DNA of 64,000 nt from the NCBI RefSeq assembly GCF_001194135.2, contig NC_068984.1:49537537-49601536 (forward strand), written 5' to 3'. The stretch comes from Octopus bimaculoides (Eukaryota). The notes beneath the pieces are model-generated. The model saw nothing but the letters and a program-made list of their open reading frames with translations. It was not told where the DNA came from and did no database searches. This document shows, in pieces, positions 11,331 to 25,224 of the stretch. Both the position numbers and the translations under genes were made by a program. Every line of letters begins with the position of its first letter. The stretch's first letter is position 1.

Positions 11331-14300
11331 AACTAGCAAAACGGCTACCCTCCGGGTGGTTTTCTGCTACCACTTGATAATATTTTCTCATTTGATTCCC
11401 AGTTCTAATAATTTTTATGATATTTTGCATATAATTATTTCTTTGCATAATAGTGCTCACTTGCTTAGTGAATATTGCTTTCATTATTTTTTCTCTTTTT
11501 TTTTTAAACAAACATCACGATAGTCCAACAGAGGGAAAAGCAGTTTGTCAAGTTTTACCTTCCCTTCAATGCAGCATAGAGATTTTAATTCAGCAGCCCA
11601 TCTATAAGCTTTGCAGTGTGTGTGTGTGTGTAAGAGAGAGGGTGGGGGAGAGAGAACATTGCAAGCAATGAATGAAATAAACATGAAATGAAAAAAATCA
11701 TATAAATAAAAGGATATTACTACAGATGTATATGCCTCCGACTTTGTTGCCTTATAACATCCAGAAAAATGGATACATTTTAACAAAATTTTCTACAAAT
11801 ACCTCTTAAATGTTGTGCCTTCAGAGTATATAGGGATTTATGGGAAATAATTTTTCCAAGCGGGTGGAGAGAGTAGTTTCAGAAAATTCATATGATCTGA
11901 CTTTTTTCCCTCATAACTTTCAGGAAAATGGACATCTTTTAATGAAAGTTAATACAAATCCTTTTCAAATGGCACAGATTATGATTATAAAGAAATTTAT
12001 GGGGGAAATATTTTCGGGGATTTTCTCCATTTTTTTTTTAAACCACAGCCCAAAGTGGGGNNNNNNNNNNNNNNNNNNNNNNNNNNNNNNNNNNNNNNNN
12101 NNNNNNNNNNNNNNNNNNNNNNNNNNNNNNNNNNNNNNNNNNNNNNNNNNNNNNNNNNNNNNNNNNNNNNNNNNNNNNNNNNNNNNNNNNNNNNNNNNNN
12201 NNNNNNNNNNNNNNNNNNNNNNNNNNNNNNNNNNNNNNNNNNNNNNNNNNNNNNNNNNNNNNNNNNNNNNNNNNNNNNNNNNNNNNNNNNNNNNNNNNNN
12301 NNNNNNNNNNNNNNNNNNNNNNNNNNNNNNNNNNNNNNNNCTTTCTCATTCTCACATGTATTGATGTTTTTCAATATTTCCCCCCATAAATACATTTATA
12401 TACTATAAAAAAGAAAATTTGAGAAATTATAAATCTTTTGCAACCCCTCTCCCTGCCCCCGATTCTTTCTGTTTAGAAATTAAAATACTGGAGCGCCTGA
12501 GAAGGTCATTGCTGGCATTTATCCACAGTGATTTTAAAAAAAAGATTATGTAAATGATAATTCATTTTAATAGCATACTTTTCTGAAAGAAAATGTTTTT
12601 TTCTTACACACACATGGCTTCACTTGATTGAGGTGGGGGTAAAAATTTAGATTACAATTTATTTTGTTGCTTATATTCCACCAATGGACTATGCGTGTGT
12701 TACTTTGGCATCATCATTCCATAAAATGTGCTTAATGGGAGAAAAATATTGAAAAAACATTAATATATGTGAGAGTGAAAAGGGAAGTTGGTTTGGGTTA
12801 TGCTAGAAACAACAACGAAGTTCTTGGCATATTATGTTTATGCAAACAACTGAGCCCCTTGCTACTTTATTCCTGCAAAGCTCACCCTACACTTCATCTT
12901 CCTATCACTCATCCCTTCAGTACATTTTTCTACTGCTGTAATTAAATGAGAGAAAAGCTATATGTTTCATCCCTGTTTGTGTTAACAGTTATATCACCCT
13001 CTCCCTAGAAACTCTTCCTTTACACATCCATCCCTTATTTTTTTATCATTCCTCCCCACTAACATTTTCCATTGTTCACCTTTTCTGTGCTATCAGTTAT
13101 CTTTTCTTCTCTTCTGAACCACTTCCTACTGACACCCAAGACTCATTCTTAACCACAGTCTCATGTCTACTATCAACCATCCCATCACTTTTTTCTTTTT
13201 TTGTTTTTTTTGACATTCACTCCAGTTACCTTTCTATATGTCTAACCTCTTCCATCTCCATCACAATACATACCTCACACTCTATCCCACCATTCTTGCA
13301 ACTGGCACCCATCCACCTCCACCTGTCATCTCCTTAATGTTTCATCAATTTCATCATTATTCTGTTGCTCTTCACTATTTTTGTATTGTCAACCATCTCC
13401 CCATCCTCTGAACTAATTCTGCTGACCTTCAACCCGGCACTCTTATCACCTTCTCTCCCAATTTATATTAACTATTGTTCATCCCTTCACCTTTGTTCAC
13501 CAATCACTGCATTTATCCCAACCCTCATCACACACTTGCAGCTTTTACCCATCATTCTTGATCTTTTGTCCCCCACACTCTCTTCTATTTATATTCTTGA
13601 AGGTATGCTCTGACATGTCATAACCACCATCTTTATACCTCTTTCCAACTCTATCCAGTTACTGTCATCGTTATATGATGTTGGGTAGTCATGCATTTCC
13701 TTTACAACAACAAATTCTTGTTTCTTCTATCACACTTAACACCTAGCATAAAGTTACCCCCTCTCTACTATATTCCCAATTAGTCAAATGATTTTTTTTT
13801 ATTTGGCAAGTTACATAGCAACTTCACTGAGTGCCCCAAACAAGCACCAAGTACACTTTGTCAGGTGGTTGGCATTAGGAAGGGCAACCACCTGTAGAAA
13901 CCATACCACAGCTGACAGGAACACTACATAGACTCCTGACATGTTGAAATCCTCTTCAACCAGCCAACCTATGCTTGCATAGAAGACAGAAATAACATAA
14001 CGGTGGTGGTGACAATGACAATGACCATAATACTGCTGCAAAATAAAAAAAATTTAAAAAACAGAGTCCAAAATATCTATGTTAACGAAAATTAAATTCA
14101 GTTGAATGTTCTTACCAACAGTGCTACAAAATGACTATTATACCCTCTCTTTTTCACTGAGAAATGTTAACTCATATGAGCTACAGCAGCTCTAAGAAAG
14201 ACAATGAATGAAATCAAATGATGCAATAGAGTTAGAAAACAATTGAAATCATGTGTGCCTGTTTATAGCTTTCTATTAGCTGCAAACAATGTTGCATTAC

Positions 14301-14941
14301 TGACTTCATGCTGGCAATACAATAGTAACTGCACTGCTCAGAGAAAATAATGAGTTCCACAAATCACAACTGAAGAGTATGTTTCGAAACAGATAAATTC
14401 ATAGAAAACTGAATAAATACTGAATTAACATTATTTTGAAAATAATTCTCTGATAATTGAGTTAGATATCCACCTAGAATATTTCTCGTAGCTTTAGAAC
14501 TATCTCTGTTTTCAGATAGTTTCAATTTTTTTAATTACTAACAAGCTTGCTTTATTCTTTAAAATCAGATTAGTTGCTTTATAGAAATTAATCAGAAGAG
14601 GAGAAACAGTATTACAACTTTATAGGCTCTCTAGAATTAGTGAAAGTGAGGCTACCAGTCTCAACATCAATATATGCAACAAAAGAGTTGAAAGAGAGGC
14701 CAACTTTTGCAACAAAGTGAACTCCACAATTAACACACAAGGACTAGATGGCATATTTAGAAAAACAGAGATAATTTAAGGGCCACTCATAAGTTTATTT
14801 AATAAGGAATGAATGATAAAATTGTTGTATTTTTAATGGAAACAATAATGATGAGATGAAAATACATTTAACCAAAATGAAATAGTTTTCTTTGCTTTAT
14901 AAACTAGATGAAATTCCATAACTTTTACTTACTCCACATAA

Positions 14942-15206
14942 TAAAATAAAAAATAAATGCGCCCTTTTTAAAGCCTAGCCAGGCTCATGGACCCAGTTTC
15001 CCGGTTTCAATGGCATATGTGTTCCCCAGCTGGACAGGACACCAGTCCATTGCAGCATTACTCATTTTTGCCAGCTGAGTGGACTGGAGCAACGTGAAAT
15101 GAAGTGTTTTGCTCAAGAACACAATGCATCGCCCGGTCCAGGAATCGAAACCACAATCTTACAATCATGATGCTGACACCCTAACCACTAAGCCATGCGC
15201 CTCCAC
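14942..15206 (-). mobile_element. tRNA-derived SINE (third family), intact, with a perfect 16-bp TSD
   Basis: Minus strand begins GTGGAGGCGCATGGCTTAGTGG (A box)...GGTTTCGATTCC (B box) and ends in (ATTTT)n. TACTTACTCCACATAA flanks it at 14926-14941 and 15207-15222. Confidence 0.92.
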
Positions 15207-16799
15207 TACTTACTCCACATAAAGAGTAGAAATTGATGGAGAAACTCCCAAGTACACTAATTATACCATTTATACTCCTAAGAAAGATATATAGTCTCAG
15301 TAAATTGGAAATGCAGGCTTTCTGTGTGAAACATTTATTTCTTAATATATATATATTTATATAAATATATATACATGCGTGCACGTGTGTGTGTGTATGT
15401 GTGTGTGTGTGTGTGTGTACATGTGTGTGAGTGTATGTATGCATGAGTATGTAAATATCATTATCGTTATTATCATCTTTTAAAGTCCATCTTCCATACT
15501 GGCATGAGTTGGATGGTTTGACGGGGTCCAACAGGTTTGAAGATAGCATTGTGCTTGAATGGCATGGTTTCTGTTATCGGATGCCCTCTTAATTCCAGTC
15601 ACATTACAGAGCATTCTGATTGCATTTCTTTTAGTTGAATTAGTACTAGTGTGGCATCACACAGCTTGCAATCCCTTTTAATTGAGTGGTGGCATATTTT
15701 TTGAGAGGGAGGCAGTTTCGTAGTATGAAATGAGAGGCTAAAATATGAGAGAAATGTTCAGAAAAGAACAGGTTTCATGTTGTAGAGGAGATACATTGCT
15801 ACTCGCATTATAAAATTGACAGAGAGAGTAAACAGCAGGGAGCTGTACAGAGAGATAAAATAGTGGTGATGAGGTGTCAGAGTGAACCCATAAGGTAGAA
15901 AAGGAGTAGTAATGAGTGGAAATATAAGAACAGGGAATGTAGGTAGATGGGTGTAGTTTGCAAGATTGTATGGGGGAAGTGAGAGGTGATTAGAGATGGG
16001 TAATGGGTGAGGAGATGAATATAATGAATGAAGAACAAGTGTTGTGAGATGATAAATATATGTGCTAGAGAAAATAGGAAAGAGTAGATGATAACTGTAG
16101 AAATTGGATAGAATTAAAAGAGAAAGTGAATGGTGGATAAGGGTTGTTGGTGATCTGTGATACAAATGAGTTGGGGAAAGGAGAGAGAAATAGGTGTGAC
16201 TGACTGTACAGAAAGGGATAAATAGCTGCACAATAATAATAATAATAATGCAGTTAGGCAGGTATTGAAGGTATCAGTAAGAAAAAGATGATAAGTAGCG
16301 GAAATGGATTAAGGAGAAAATTGGGTGAGTCAGGATGGAGGGTCACTTGTGCATATACCTACACTGTGCTTCCCAAATTTTTCAGTTTTGCTGAAATGGG
16401 CAGGTCTTTTTGAGTATCACATATTGCCAGTCATCTTAGCCTTTAGACTTTCTTCCATGAGGTTCAAGGTCCAAGAACCAGCCTCCTGTGTGAGAATGGA
16501 GGGGTGTATATATATATGTGCGTATATATACATGTGTGAGTGTGTGTGTGTGGAAGCTTACATACATACTTACATGTACATATTCTTTTGTCCATCCAAA
16601 GAGGAATTTTTAACACAAAATTTACATACTATTATTTATTGTTTTATGCATACTTTGAGAACCAATTCCAAAAATGAATTATTCCATGTTCTCTCAAATG
16701 TTTAAAAATTCTTATAATGGCATTCACTTTGCAACCATGTGGTTTAGGTTTCAGACACACTATGCAGCACTTTGGGCAAATGTTTTATACTATTGTCCT

Positions 16800-16990
16800 G
16801 AGTCCCACTTAATTTGGTTGGAACCTGCAGCTGAGGGGACCCAGGAAAACATGGGATGAAGTGCTGAAAGTTGACCCCAAGATCCTGAGCCTCACAAAGA
16901 TGAGGACAATGGACTAAGCATGTCTGTGATATGAAGTACTTGAAAGGACCTACTCTCCTTAGTAAAACTGAGTTCTGGAAGTGCTCTCCA
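16800..16990 (+). mobile_element. RTE-X LINE 3' end fragment
   Basis: Frameshifted GTC..G.PRKTWDEVLKVDPKILSLTK motif. Confidence 0.6.
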
Positions 16991-17329
16991 CTCACATGTT
17001 ACAGTGATTCACTCCACCAAGCCAAATTATCCACCATCATGCACAATGCTGCCTTTCCAACCCCGCTGCTCCTGCAGTATAAAGAAAGGTGAAGGGCAAT
17101 ATGTGCTAATTCTGCTCTTGAGTGATTACAGCCACCAAGTAGTGACATAGTTAGTGGAATGATGGAAGGGAAAAATATATAGGGAATGGTTGACAGAACA
17201 GAAAGGGTTTCAGACATAAACAGAATTCTTTGAGGACACCATTTTTTTTTGTTATAATGGGTAGGACTTTTCAAGCATAGCAAACACCAATCATCTCAGT
17301 ATTTTGTCATTTCCTCTATAAGTTTGAGC

Positions 17330-19100
17330 ATCTTGAGATTGGCCTCCACTACTTCATCCTATATCTTCCTGGGTCTCACTCTTCCACAAGTTTCATCCAC
17401 TTTAAGTGACCAGCACTTCTCTATGCAACTAAATGCAACTATCCTCATCCATACATGTCATATGACCAAATCAGAGAACTCTTTTCTTTTGCATGCTGCA
17501 TCTGATTCCTCTTATACCTAATTTTCCTCTCAATACCATATCACTTTGTCATAAATGCACATTGATATTTCACATCCAACAGAGTGTACTAGCTTCATTC
17601 CCCTCTAGTCTTCACATCTCTGCATTCAGAGTCTACATCTCACTACCCTGTAACCTGTTCTTTATATACAAGCATTGTATAATTTGCCTTTCACTCTGAG
17701 AGAGAGAGAGAGTCACCTTTTATTGTCAGCAGAGGTAATAGCTCACAGAACTTTCTTCATCCTATTCTTATTCTAGCAAGTATATTTTCCGAACATTCTC
17801 CTTCCACTGTTAATTATATTATCTAGGTACCTGAAGTTATCTATTACATCTTGGAAGCATCCAGGAAATATGATACAATTTCCTTAATGTTCATTGCTCT
17901 TGTGCATCTTCCATATACTGACACTACTTTCCCTGTTAATTTTGTTGTGATTATCCTGCATTTTTTGTGTGCCCAGAGTTTTGGTGCACCATACAGAATT
18001 CCTGCCTACACCTTTCCTACATATTGAGCAGGAACATTTACCAGGGAAGAAGTGAGCAATGGAGGGGTGGATAATAGAGAGGAGGATAGAAAGATGGGTA
18101 ACAGAGCAATAGAGAGATGAACTATAGAAAGATGGGAGGTAAGCAAGGCAGCAGATGTCGACTTCACAGTAGATATATCTGTTATTCCTCTGTTCCTCTA
18201 TCATTATCAATTTTGACATTTATCTCACCATGGTTGCATGAGAGAATGTGTCTTCTCTTGTACAACATGATCCTTTCTCATCTCCCTCATGATTTTTGTC
18301 ACTTTACATTAAGCATTCCTTGATTTCCCACCAAAGATTTTATTTACAATGTGCACACAGTACATTTTTATACAACTCCATAAGTGTCACATGGGCATAC
18401 CAGTATAATCTTTTCTTTTGACACTATGTCCGAATCAATCCTCATATATTAAGTTATTCTTATACAGGTTTATTTGTAGTCTATCACTCACATACACATA
18501 TTATACATCCAACAGAGCAAGCTCTCTTCACATCATTCTAAGCTTCACAAATCTTCTGCATTCATGGCCCATGTCTCAAACACACTTAGTACAAAATCAT
18601 ACAATCTACCTTTTACTCTGAGAGAGAAATTCCTCACTGCTATTTAAAAACTTTTCCCAACCTCTTATTTTGCTAGCTCATATACTTCCAAAGTACCCAC
18701 ACCAACTTCGAATTAAGTCACAGAGGTAACAAAAGATACTTTTAGGGAGCCTTCAAATAATTTGAGAGACCATTAATATGAAGCCTTTCTTCTCTATTTT
18801 TCTGTTTGTAATTCTGCTACTCCTTGTGCTTCCATAGTTTACTATGAGGACTCCATGAAATTGTTACCTATTCCTTTACTACATATTAAGCATAGCCACT
18901 TGTCGAATAGCAGTAGTGTCTGTTTTTTTCTCCTTCTTATTAAGACATATCTTCACAAGGTTTACTTTGACATCTCTCAGTTCAAAGCTTTATGTCTAGG
19001 TCTGAAAGTTTTTCTCTAATTTTTCATAAATTCGGGGCTATGAGTAAGATCTGGAATGGGTATTCACATACTTTTTCAATACACTAAGGTCATTTTCAGT
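17330..19100 (-). mobile_element. Fragmented RTE-X LINE pieces (probably more than one copy)
   Basis: CSICRKGVGRNSVWC at about 17.95-18.04 kb, C-terminal segment at 17.33-17.65 kb, and degenerate RT-adjacent motifs at 18.7-19.0 kb. Confidence 0.65.
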
Positions 19101-19200
19101 GTAAAAGGGAGAAGTTATTATTCATTAATGTACACTGCAGTTACAGCATATTTTGTATCTGAATCTGTCTAGATGTGTTCTGAATAAATATGTGAATAAT

Positions 19201-19243
<43 letters not shown>

Positions 19244-19388
19244 TATGGATAGATAGCCAGACAGACAGATGACAATGTAATAATGCATGAAGTGAAATAT
19301 GAGTGTGTGAGTATATAGGTACATATATGCGTATAAGTGTCCTGTGGTTCCACATGCATGTATTTATGTTCATATATCTCTGCTTATG

Positions 19389-19433
<45 letters not shown>

Positions 19434-19772
19434 AACCCAAATGGGGTTTAAAATTCATGACACCTGTTTTGATAGAATTTTATTAATGTATTCATAGATT
19501 ACATCAATAAGTTTCTATTGAAATAGCTCTTGTAAAATTTAAACCCTATTTATGTTCTTTTTTATATTCATGCCAGACCTAGAACCAGCCCTAAGTTGGA
19601 TGTGTAGTTTAAATTGGATTTGGTTCTTACATATCTACAGTATCCTATCAACACATGATACCTTCATAGTTGTTTTACTTCTCTGTGAACTCTGTGTTAT
19701 TGTACCTAGCCATTTCTGGTATCCTACATGCTAATGTGCCTAGATTCTAATGAACCGTATAACTAATATATA

Positions 19773-19807
<35 letters not shown>

Positions 19808-20099
19808 ATACATGTCTACACTATGATGATGATGATTTATGAGTATATATTATCATGGTGTGCTTGGCTCCTTCTGCCTTGTTGAAAACTACTTCTTGGT
19901 TCAATAAGGATAAATACTTTTCCCCATCGCCTTCCTCAACCTTATGTAGTCACTCCTGCACTAGCAGTTGTGCACTCATGAAGGCTGTATGGGAGTGAAG
20001 GAAATTGAAATTGTAATTGTAATTCATGCTACTGTCAATACCTGCTTACACTAAGTGCAAGGACTCACTTCTTCTGAGTAAGCAAAGAAACACATTTTT

Positions 20100-22497
20100 G
20101 CCTTTCCAGGTGCTGAAAATATCCCCAACTACCATCCCACTTTTTTGATCCACAAGCTTAGAGCTGCCACAATCAACAATGGCACAATGAATATAGGTTT
20201 GGCGAGATTGCTAAAATGCTAAAGTAAAGCTGTGTAGATGTGTACTGTGTGCAATAGATACAATGGAGGGGAGCTTCAAGTAGATTGTATGTGGGCAAAG
20301 AACATAAATACAAATTTTTCTGGGTAGGCAGCAGTAATGGATTAGGTGGTGTAGGTATTCTTCTGGTAGAGAAATGGGTGAATAAAGTGATTGAAGTAGT
20401 TCCAGTGTGATAGGATTATTAAGCTAACAATAGTCTTGTTTAATATAACAGTGTCATCTATCTCTGCATATGCCCCACATGTCAGACTGGCAAATGTTCA
20501 GAAGGACTGTTTTTATGAATCCCTTCTGCATACTACCTTGATGATGAAAGACAATGTTATCATGATTGTAGCTGGTCATGTTGGAAAGCACTCTGATGGA
20601 TTTCATGGTGTGCATGGAAGTTATGACTTTGGTTCTAGAAATGAGGGGAAAACAAGGGCTCTAGAATTTTGTGATGCAAATGACATACTGGTTTGCACTA
20701 CCATCTTCAGGAAACCTGCCAGCCGCTTGATCATGTATGTATCTGATGGGCACATTAGCCAGAATGTCTACATTCTCACCAGAAACAGGGACAGGCAGAT
20801 GATGCTCATGAATGCAAAGTCCTTCACAGGTAAAGAATTTTCAACTCAACATAGGTTAGTGGTTAGTAACTTCAGGTTTAGGTCTAAAAGGATTCAGAGA
20901 TACAAACTGAGATGGTAAAGGTGGTATAAAAGCTCAAGAACCCTTCAAAAGGGCAAAGATTTAGAGATGTTAATGAAGCTTTTAATGAGAGGAAGAAAGA
21001 GACAGAGACATATAATACAGGAGCCTACTGGAAGTTCTTATGAGATAATCTACTGAGGGTGGTAGACCAAATCTGTGGTTGGAGCAAAATTTTTGCCAGA
21101 CAAACAGTGACATGGTGGTGGAACAGTGAGGTCAACAGGACCATAAAAGAGAAAAGACAGATTTAGAAAGAGTGGAAAAGAGTTGGGATAGCAAAGAACC
21201 ATATCAGATAGCTAAAAAGGAAGCTAAGGCAGAATCAGAAAGGAAGAGGTTTGCCAATATCTTACAGCATGAAGATCATAAATTTGGGGTGTTCCAAATG
21301 GCTAGAGAGAATTGGGATGTGGGAGAGAAGTGTGTACAGATGGATAATGGTATACTTGCACTTAGTGATTCTGAAAAGAAAGCGGCAAGGAAAAGCTACT
21401 ATGAAAGGCTATTAAATGTGGAGAATGAATGGAAGAAAAGGTGTTTCCTCCATGTAAACCAGCTATGCTAGTTGACAGCAATTTGACATATAACGCAATT
21501 AAAGATATAAAGAGAGGGAAAGCTCCTGGTTCACCAGAAGTTACTGCTGAGATGCTTAAAATATCTAGAAGAGTAGGATACAGTATAGTCACCCACATAG
21601 TAAATCAGTTTATTCAGGAAGGTAAAATCTTCAGTAACTAGTGTAACATCATCATAGTCGGCTGATACAAAGGTAAGGGAGCAGCCCTAAACAGAAGTAA
21701 TTATAGAGGCATCAAATTGCTGGATCAGGTAATGAAAATTATGGTGATAGCTACAGCCCAATTAGGATGAGAATTAGATTAAATGAAATGTAGTTTGGTT
21801 TTGTGCCTGATACTACTTTTATGGTCAAGCAAACTGCAAGGGACTTATTTGGCTCAAAATAAACCACTGTGCTTGGCATTTGTTAACCAGGAGAAAGCTT
21901 TTGACAGAGTACAAGCTAGAGGTGGGTGAATAGTTTGTGAAAATAGTACAGGCCATGTACAGGGTGTTGTTAGTAAGGTAAGAGTTAGTCATAAGAACAG
22001 TTGTGAACTTAGTGTACAGATAGGTGTTCATCAAGGCTCAGCCCTCAGCTCCTTCGATTATCCACTAGGCTATAACAGGAATTTAAGATAAGCTGCTCAT
22101 GGAGACTATTGTATGCTTATGATCTTACTGTCATAGCAGAATCTACAATAGAACTAGAACAGAAATTTGTGGTGTGGAAGCAAAACCTGAAATTGAAGGG
22201 CCTTAAAGTTAACTTAGCAAGGACCAATGTCCTAGTACATGTTAATAGCCCTGCTTGATATGTTGGAAAAGTGAAGGTAGAAATTCCATTTGGTGTACCC
22301 TTGCAAGCTATTGACATACAAAATTTACAGTGAGATAATAGGAATGTTAACGAAGAAAGTAATATTTGTATGTGGAAGATGTACAGGAGCCCTAAAGTCT
22401 ACAGAAATATGGAAAACTGATTTTCTTAAATGCCCTGAAGGCTTTTGTAGGGATAATTTCTGCTACCTGGGTGACCTAATTAGTAGTGGAGCTAATT
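20100..22497 (+). mobile_element. Degenerate RTE-X/Expander-like LINE (APE endonuclease + RT), many stops and frameshifts
   Basis: ISAYAPH, GFHGVHGSYDFGSRNEG, QHRLVVSNF (endonuclease). GKAPGSPEVTAEMLK, KGKGAALNRSNYRGIKLLDQVMK, LAFVNQEKAFDRV, VGVHQGSALS (RT). FCYLGDLISSG. Confidence 0.88.
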
Positions 22498-23285
22498 AGC
22501 TTTCTTAGTTATCTTTCTTCCCTTACCTCAAGCCACTTCCATTTCCCATTGTCGTCTGCCTACTGTCTCACAAACTTCCTTTCTGCACATTTTCTCCCCT
22601 GTACTGTTCTCTGTCATTAAAACTTTATTCACTAGCTATCACTCTCAATGCCCCCCACATATCTACTGCAACCCCCACCACTACTACTCAGAGCCCCTCC
22701 TATATTTATCTCCATCATTTGCTACAATCACCTCAATCTTACCCACTCACCCAGTCTAAATCTCTGTTTCACCTCACCAATTCTCACCATCCTCAATGTC
22801 ACTCAAGGGTATGTCTCAACACATCTTCACCATCATCTCTCTCACTATCACTCTCTTTAGCCTCATCTGAAGCTTACTCTTCTTTTTTTCCTGACTGAGG
22901 TATCTATGTATCTGCTCTACAAAAAGATATCTCTTTCTCTTCTTCTACACTTTTAATCTCTCAACTAGCACAGAGCCACACCATCCCCTCGACACTACTC
23001 CCTGTGCCCAGTTAAAGGTTTCTTTTCTCTTGCAAGGTACTCGGTAACCTTCTTGATGCTGGTATCATATAAAAAGCACTGATGCTGGTGCCACATAAAA
23101 AGTATGAATGCTGGTGCTATGTAAAAGACACCCAGTACATGCTTGAAAGTGGTTGGCATTAAAGAGGGCATTCAACTGAAGAAATCATGACAAAACAGAC
23201 AATGGAACATGGTGTAGCTCCCAGCCTAATCAGCTTGATGTTAAAATGTTCAACCCATGCCACCAAGGAAAACAGACATTATGTG

Positions 23286-23326
<41 letters not shown>

Positions 23327-23519
23327 NNNNNNNNNNNNNNNNNNNNNNNNNNNNNNNNNNNNNNNNNNNNNNNNNNNNNNNNNNNNNNNNNNNNNNNNNN
23401 NNNNNNNNNNNNNNNNNNNNNNNNNNNNNNNNNNNNNNNNNNNNNNNNNNNNNNNNNNNNNNNNNNNNNNNNNNNNNNNNNNNNNNNNNNNNNNNNNNNN
23501 NNNNNNNNNNNNNNNNNNN

Positions 23520-23580
<61 letters not shown>

Positions 23581-24822
23581 ATACACATATATATATATAT
23601 ACGCACTTTAATCTTTCTGAGCACCATCTCTAAAAGTTTTGCTTGATTGTATCAGTTATAGTGTTTTATATAGTACTATTTTATAGACCTCAGAAGAGGG
23701 TAACTCAAAGAAAACTTAGTTGCGGAAAACTGTAATGAAATATCACAAGATATCATTGTTCAAAATTCTACTAATTTAAAGTTGTAGGTGCTGTTGTTTT
23801 ATAATGATCGTTTTGTGATCCATAAAATTTTAAATCGATGGAGTCATAAATGTACTCACTTGATGCTATACTCTGTTTGCAAGGTTTTTCAACCGACATT
23901 TGGGTTTACCAGGAAGTTCTCTTTATGATCCTTTATGGTTATGTAAAGCTGAAAACTTTGTCATCAATTTTTAACCTAATTGCTAGTCTTTGGGGCTTAC
24001 TTCTTAATAGTGTTTTATGCAATGAGTTGTTTATTTCTGTTTTTCTAATGCAAGTTCGTAGTGTGTTTATATAACAGATTTTATGTTTCTTGTAAGTATA
24101 TTTGACTGAAATCTCTGATAGATTTCAAATTCATATACACAATGTTGGACATTACTTGCATAATTTCTAAGCTGTTTTTTTTAAATTTTTTATTTTTTAT
24201 TAAGGTGAGGCTTGTATTTGTGAATTTTAATACTAAACTTACTTCCTACATATACTTTTCATAAAAATGGAGTTTTGATTTTATGCCTATATGATATCTG
24301 TCTTTTCAGTGAGGTATTATGTAAAATCTTTTGAAATTGTATAAGTTTTCAATGAATAGAGCAGAAAAGTTTGGGTATAGAAATGAAGAGAAAAGAGTAC
24401 TCTACCTGTGTATGTTGGTGGGGTGTGTACATACATATCATTGTCATCATTTCAATGTCTATTTTTCCATACTTACATAGGTAAGATGAGTTTTCAATAG
24501 CTGGGTACCTTTCTTGACGTCAGTCCCTTGTTTCTGAGTGAGATAATAATCTCGAAGCCTACCAAGCTGCAAGTAGCCTGGACATGTTTATGGAAAGAAA
24601 TGGAAACAATAACACTATATCAATTAGCCTTTTCTTTACAAATATGTCAATACATGTCAAAACATGTCACAAAGCCCATACATGCTTTTGTGGTGGATTG
24701 CAAGCAAACAACAACCTCCAACAACTTCAGCAAAGGCTTTCTTTACAACCAGCAAACACATAAGATGATATGAGAAATACAAACTCACTCACACATGCAC
24801 AGACATACATGTATACATACCC

Positions 24823-24853
<31 letters not shown>

Positions 24854-24885
24854 TGATGTGTGTATGTATGCATGTATGTGTATAT

Positions 24886-25200
24886 GTCTATGACAGTCTT
24901 CTTTCACCTTCCATCTCTTTTACAAGTATTTGATCAGCCTGGGGCTAGAAAGCACTTTCTCAAGTTGCAATGCAGTGGGATTGAACCCAAAACCACATCG
25001 TTAGGAAGTAAATTTCTTAAGCACAGAGCCATGCTTGTTTCATTTACTGGACTGCAGCCATGTTTAAGTACTACATTGAAAGATCTAATTATGAAAAGTA
25101 ACCCAAATACTTTTTTTTTTCTAAGCCTCTTACTTATTCAGTAGGTTTCTTTTGCTGAACTACTAAGTTTCAAGAATGTAAACAAATGAACTTGAGCTTG
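24886..25200 (-). mobile_element. Two adjacent SINE family B fragments (5' half and 3' half)
   Basis: GCAATGCAGTGGGATTGAACCC head at about 24970-24990. CATTT...ACTGCAGCCATG...TTTTGCTGAACTACTAAG matches the family-B 3' part. Confidence 0.7.
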
Positions 25201-25224
25201 GTGGAGTGCCGAGTTGACAAATGA

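Noticed and set aside
14942-15206. tRNA gene
   Set aside because: A/B boxes are present, but the head continues into a SINE body with a tail and TSD, and I see no complete cloverleaf.
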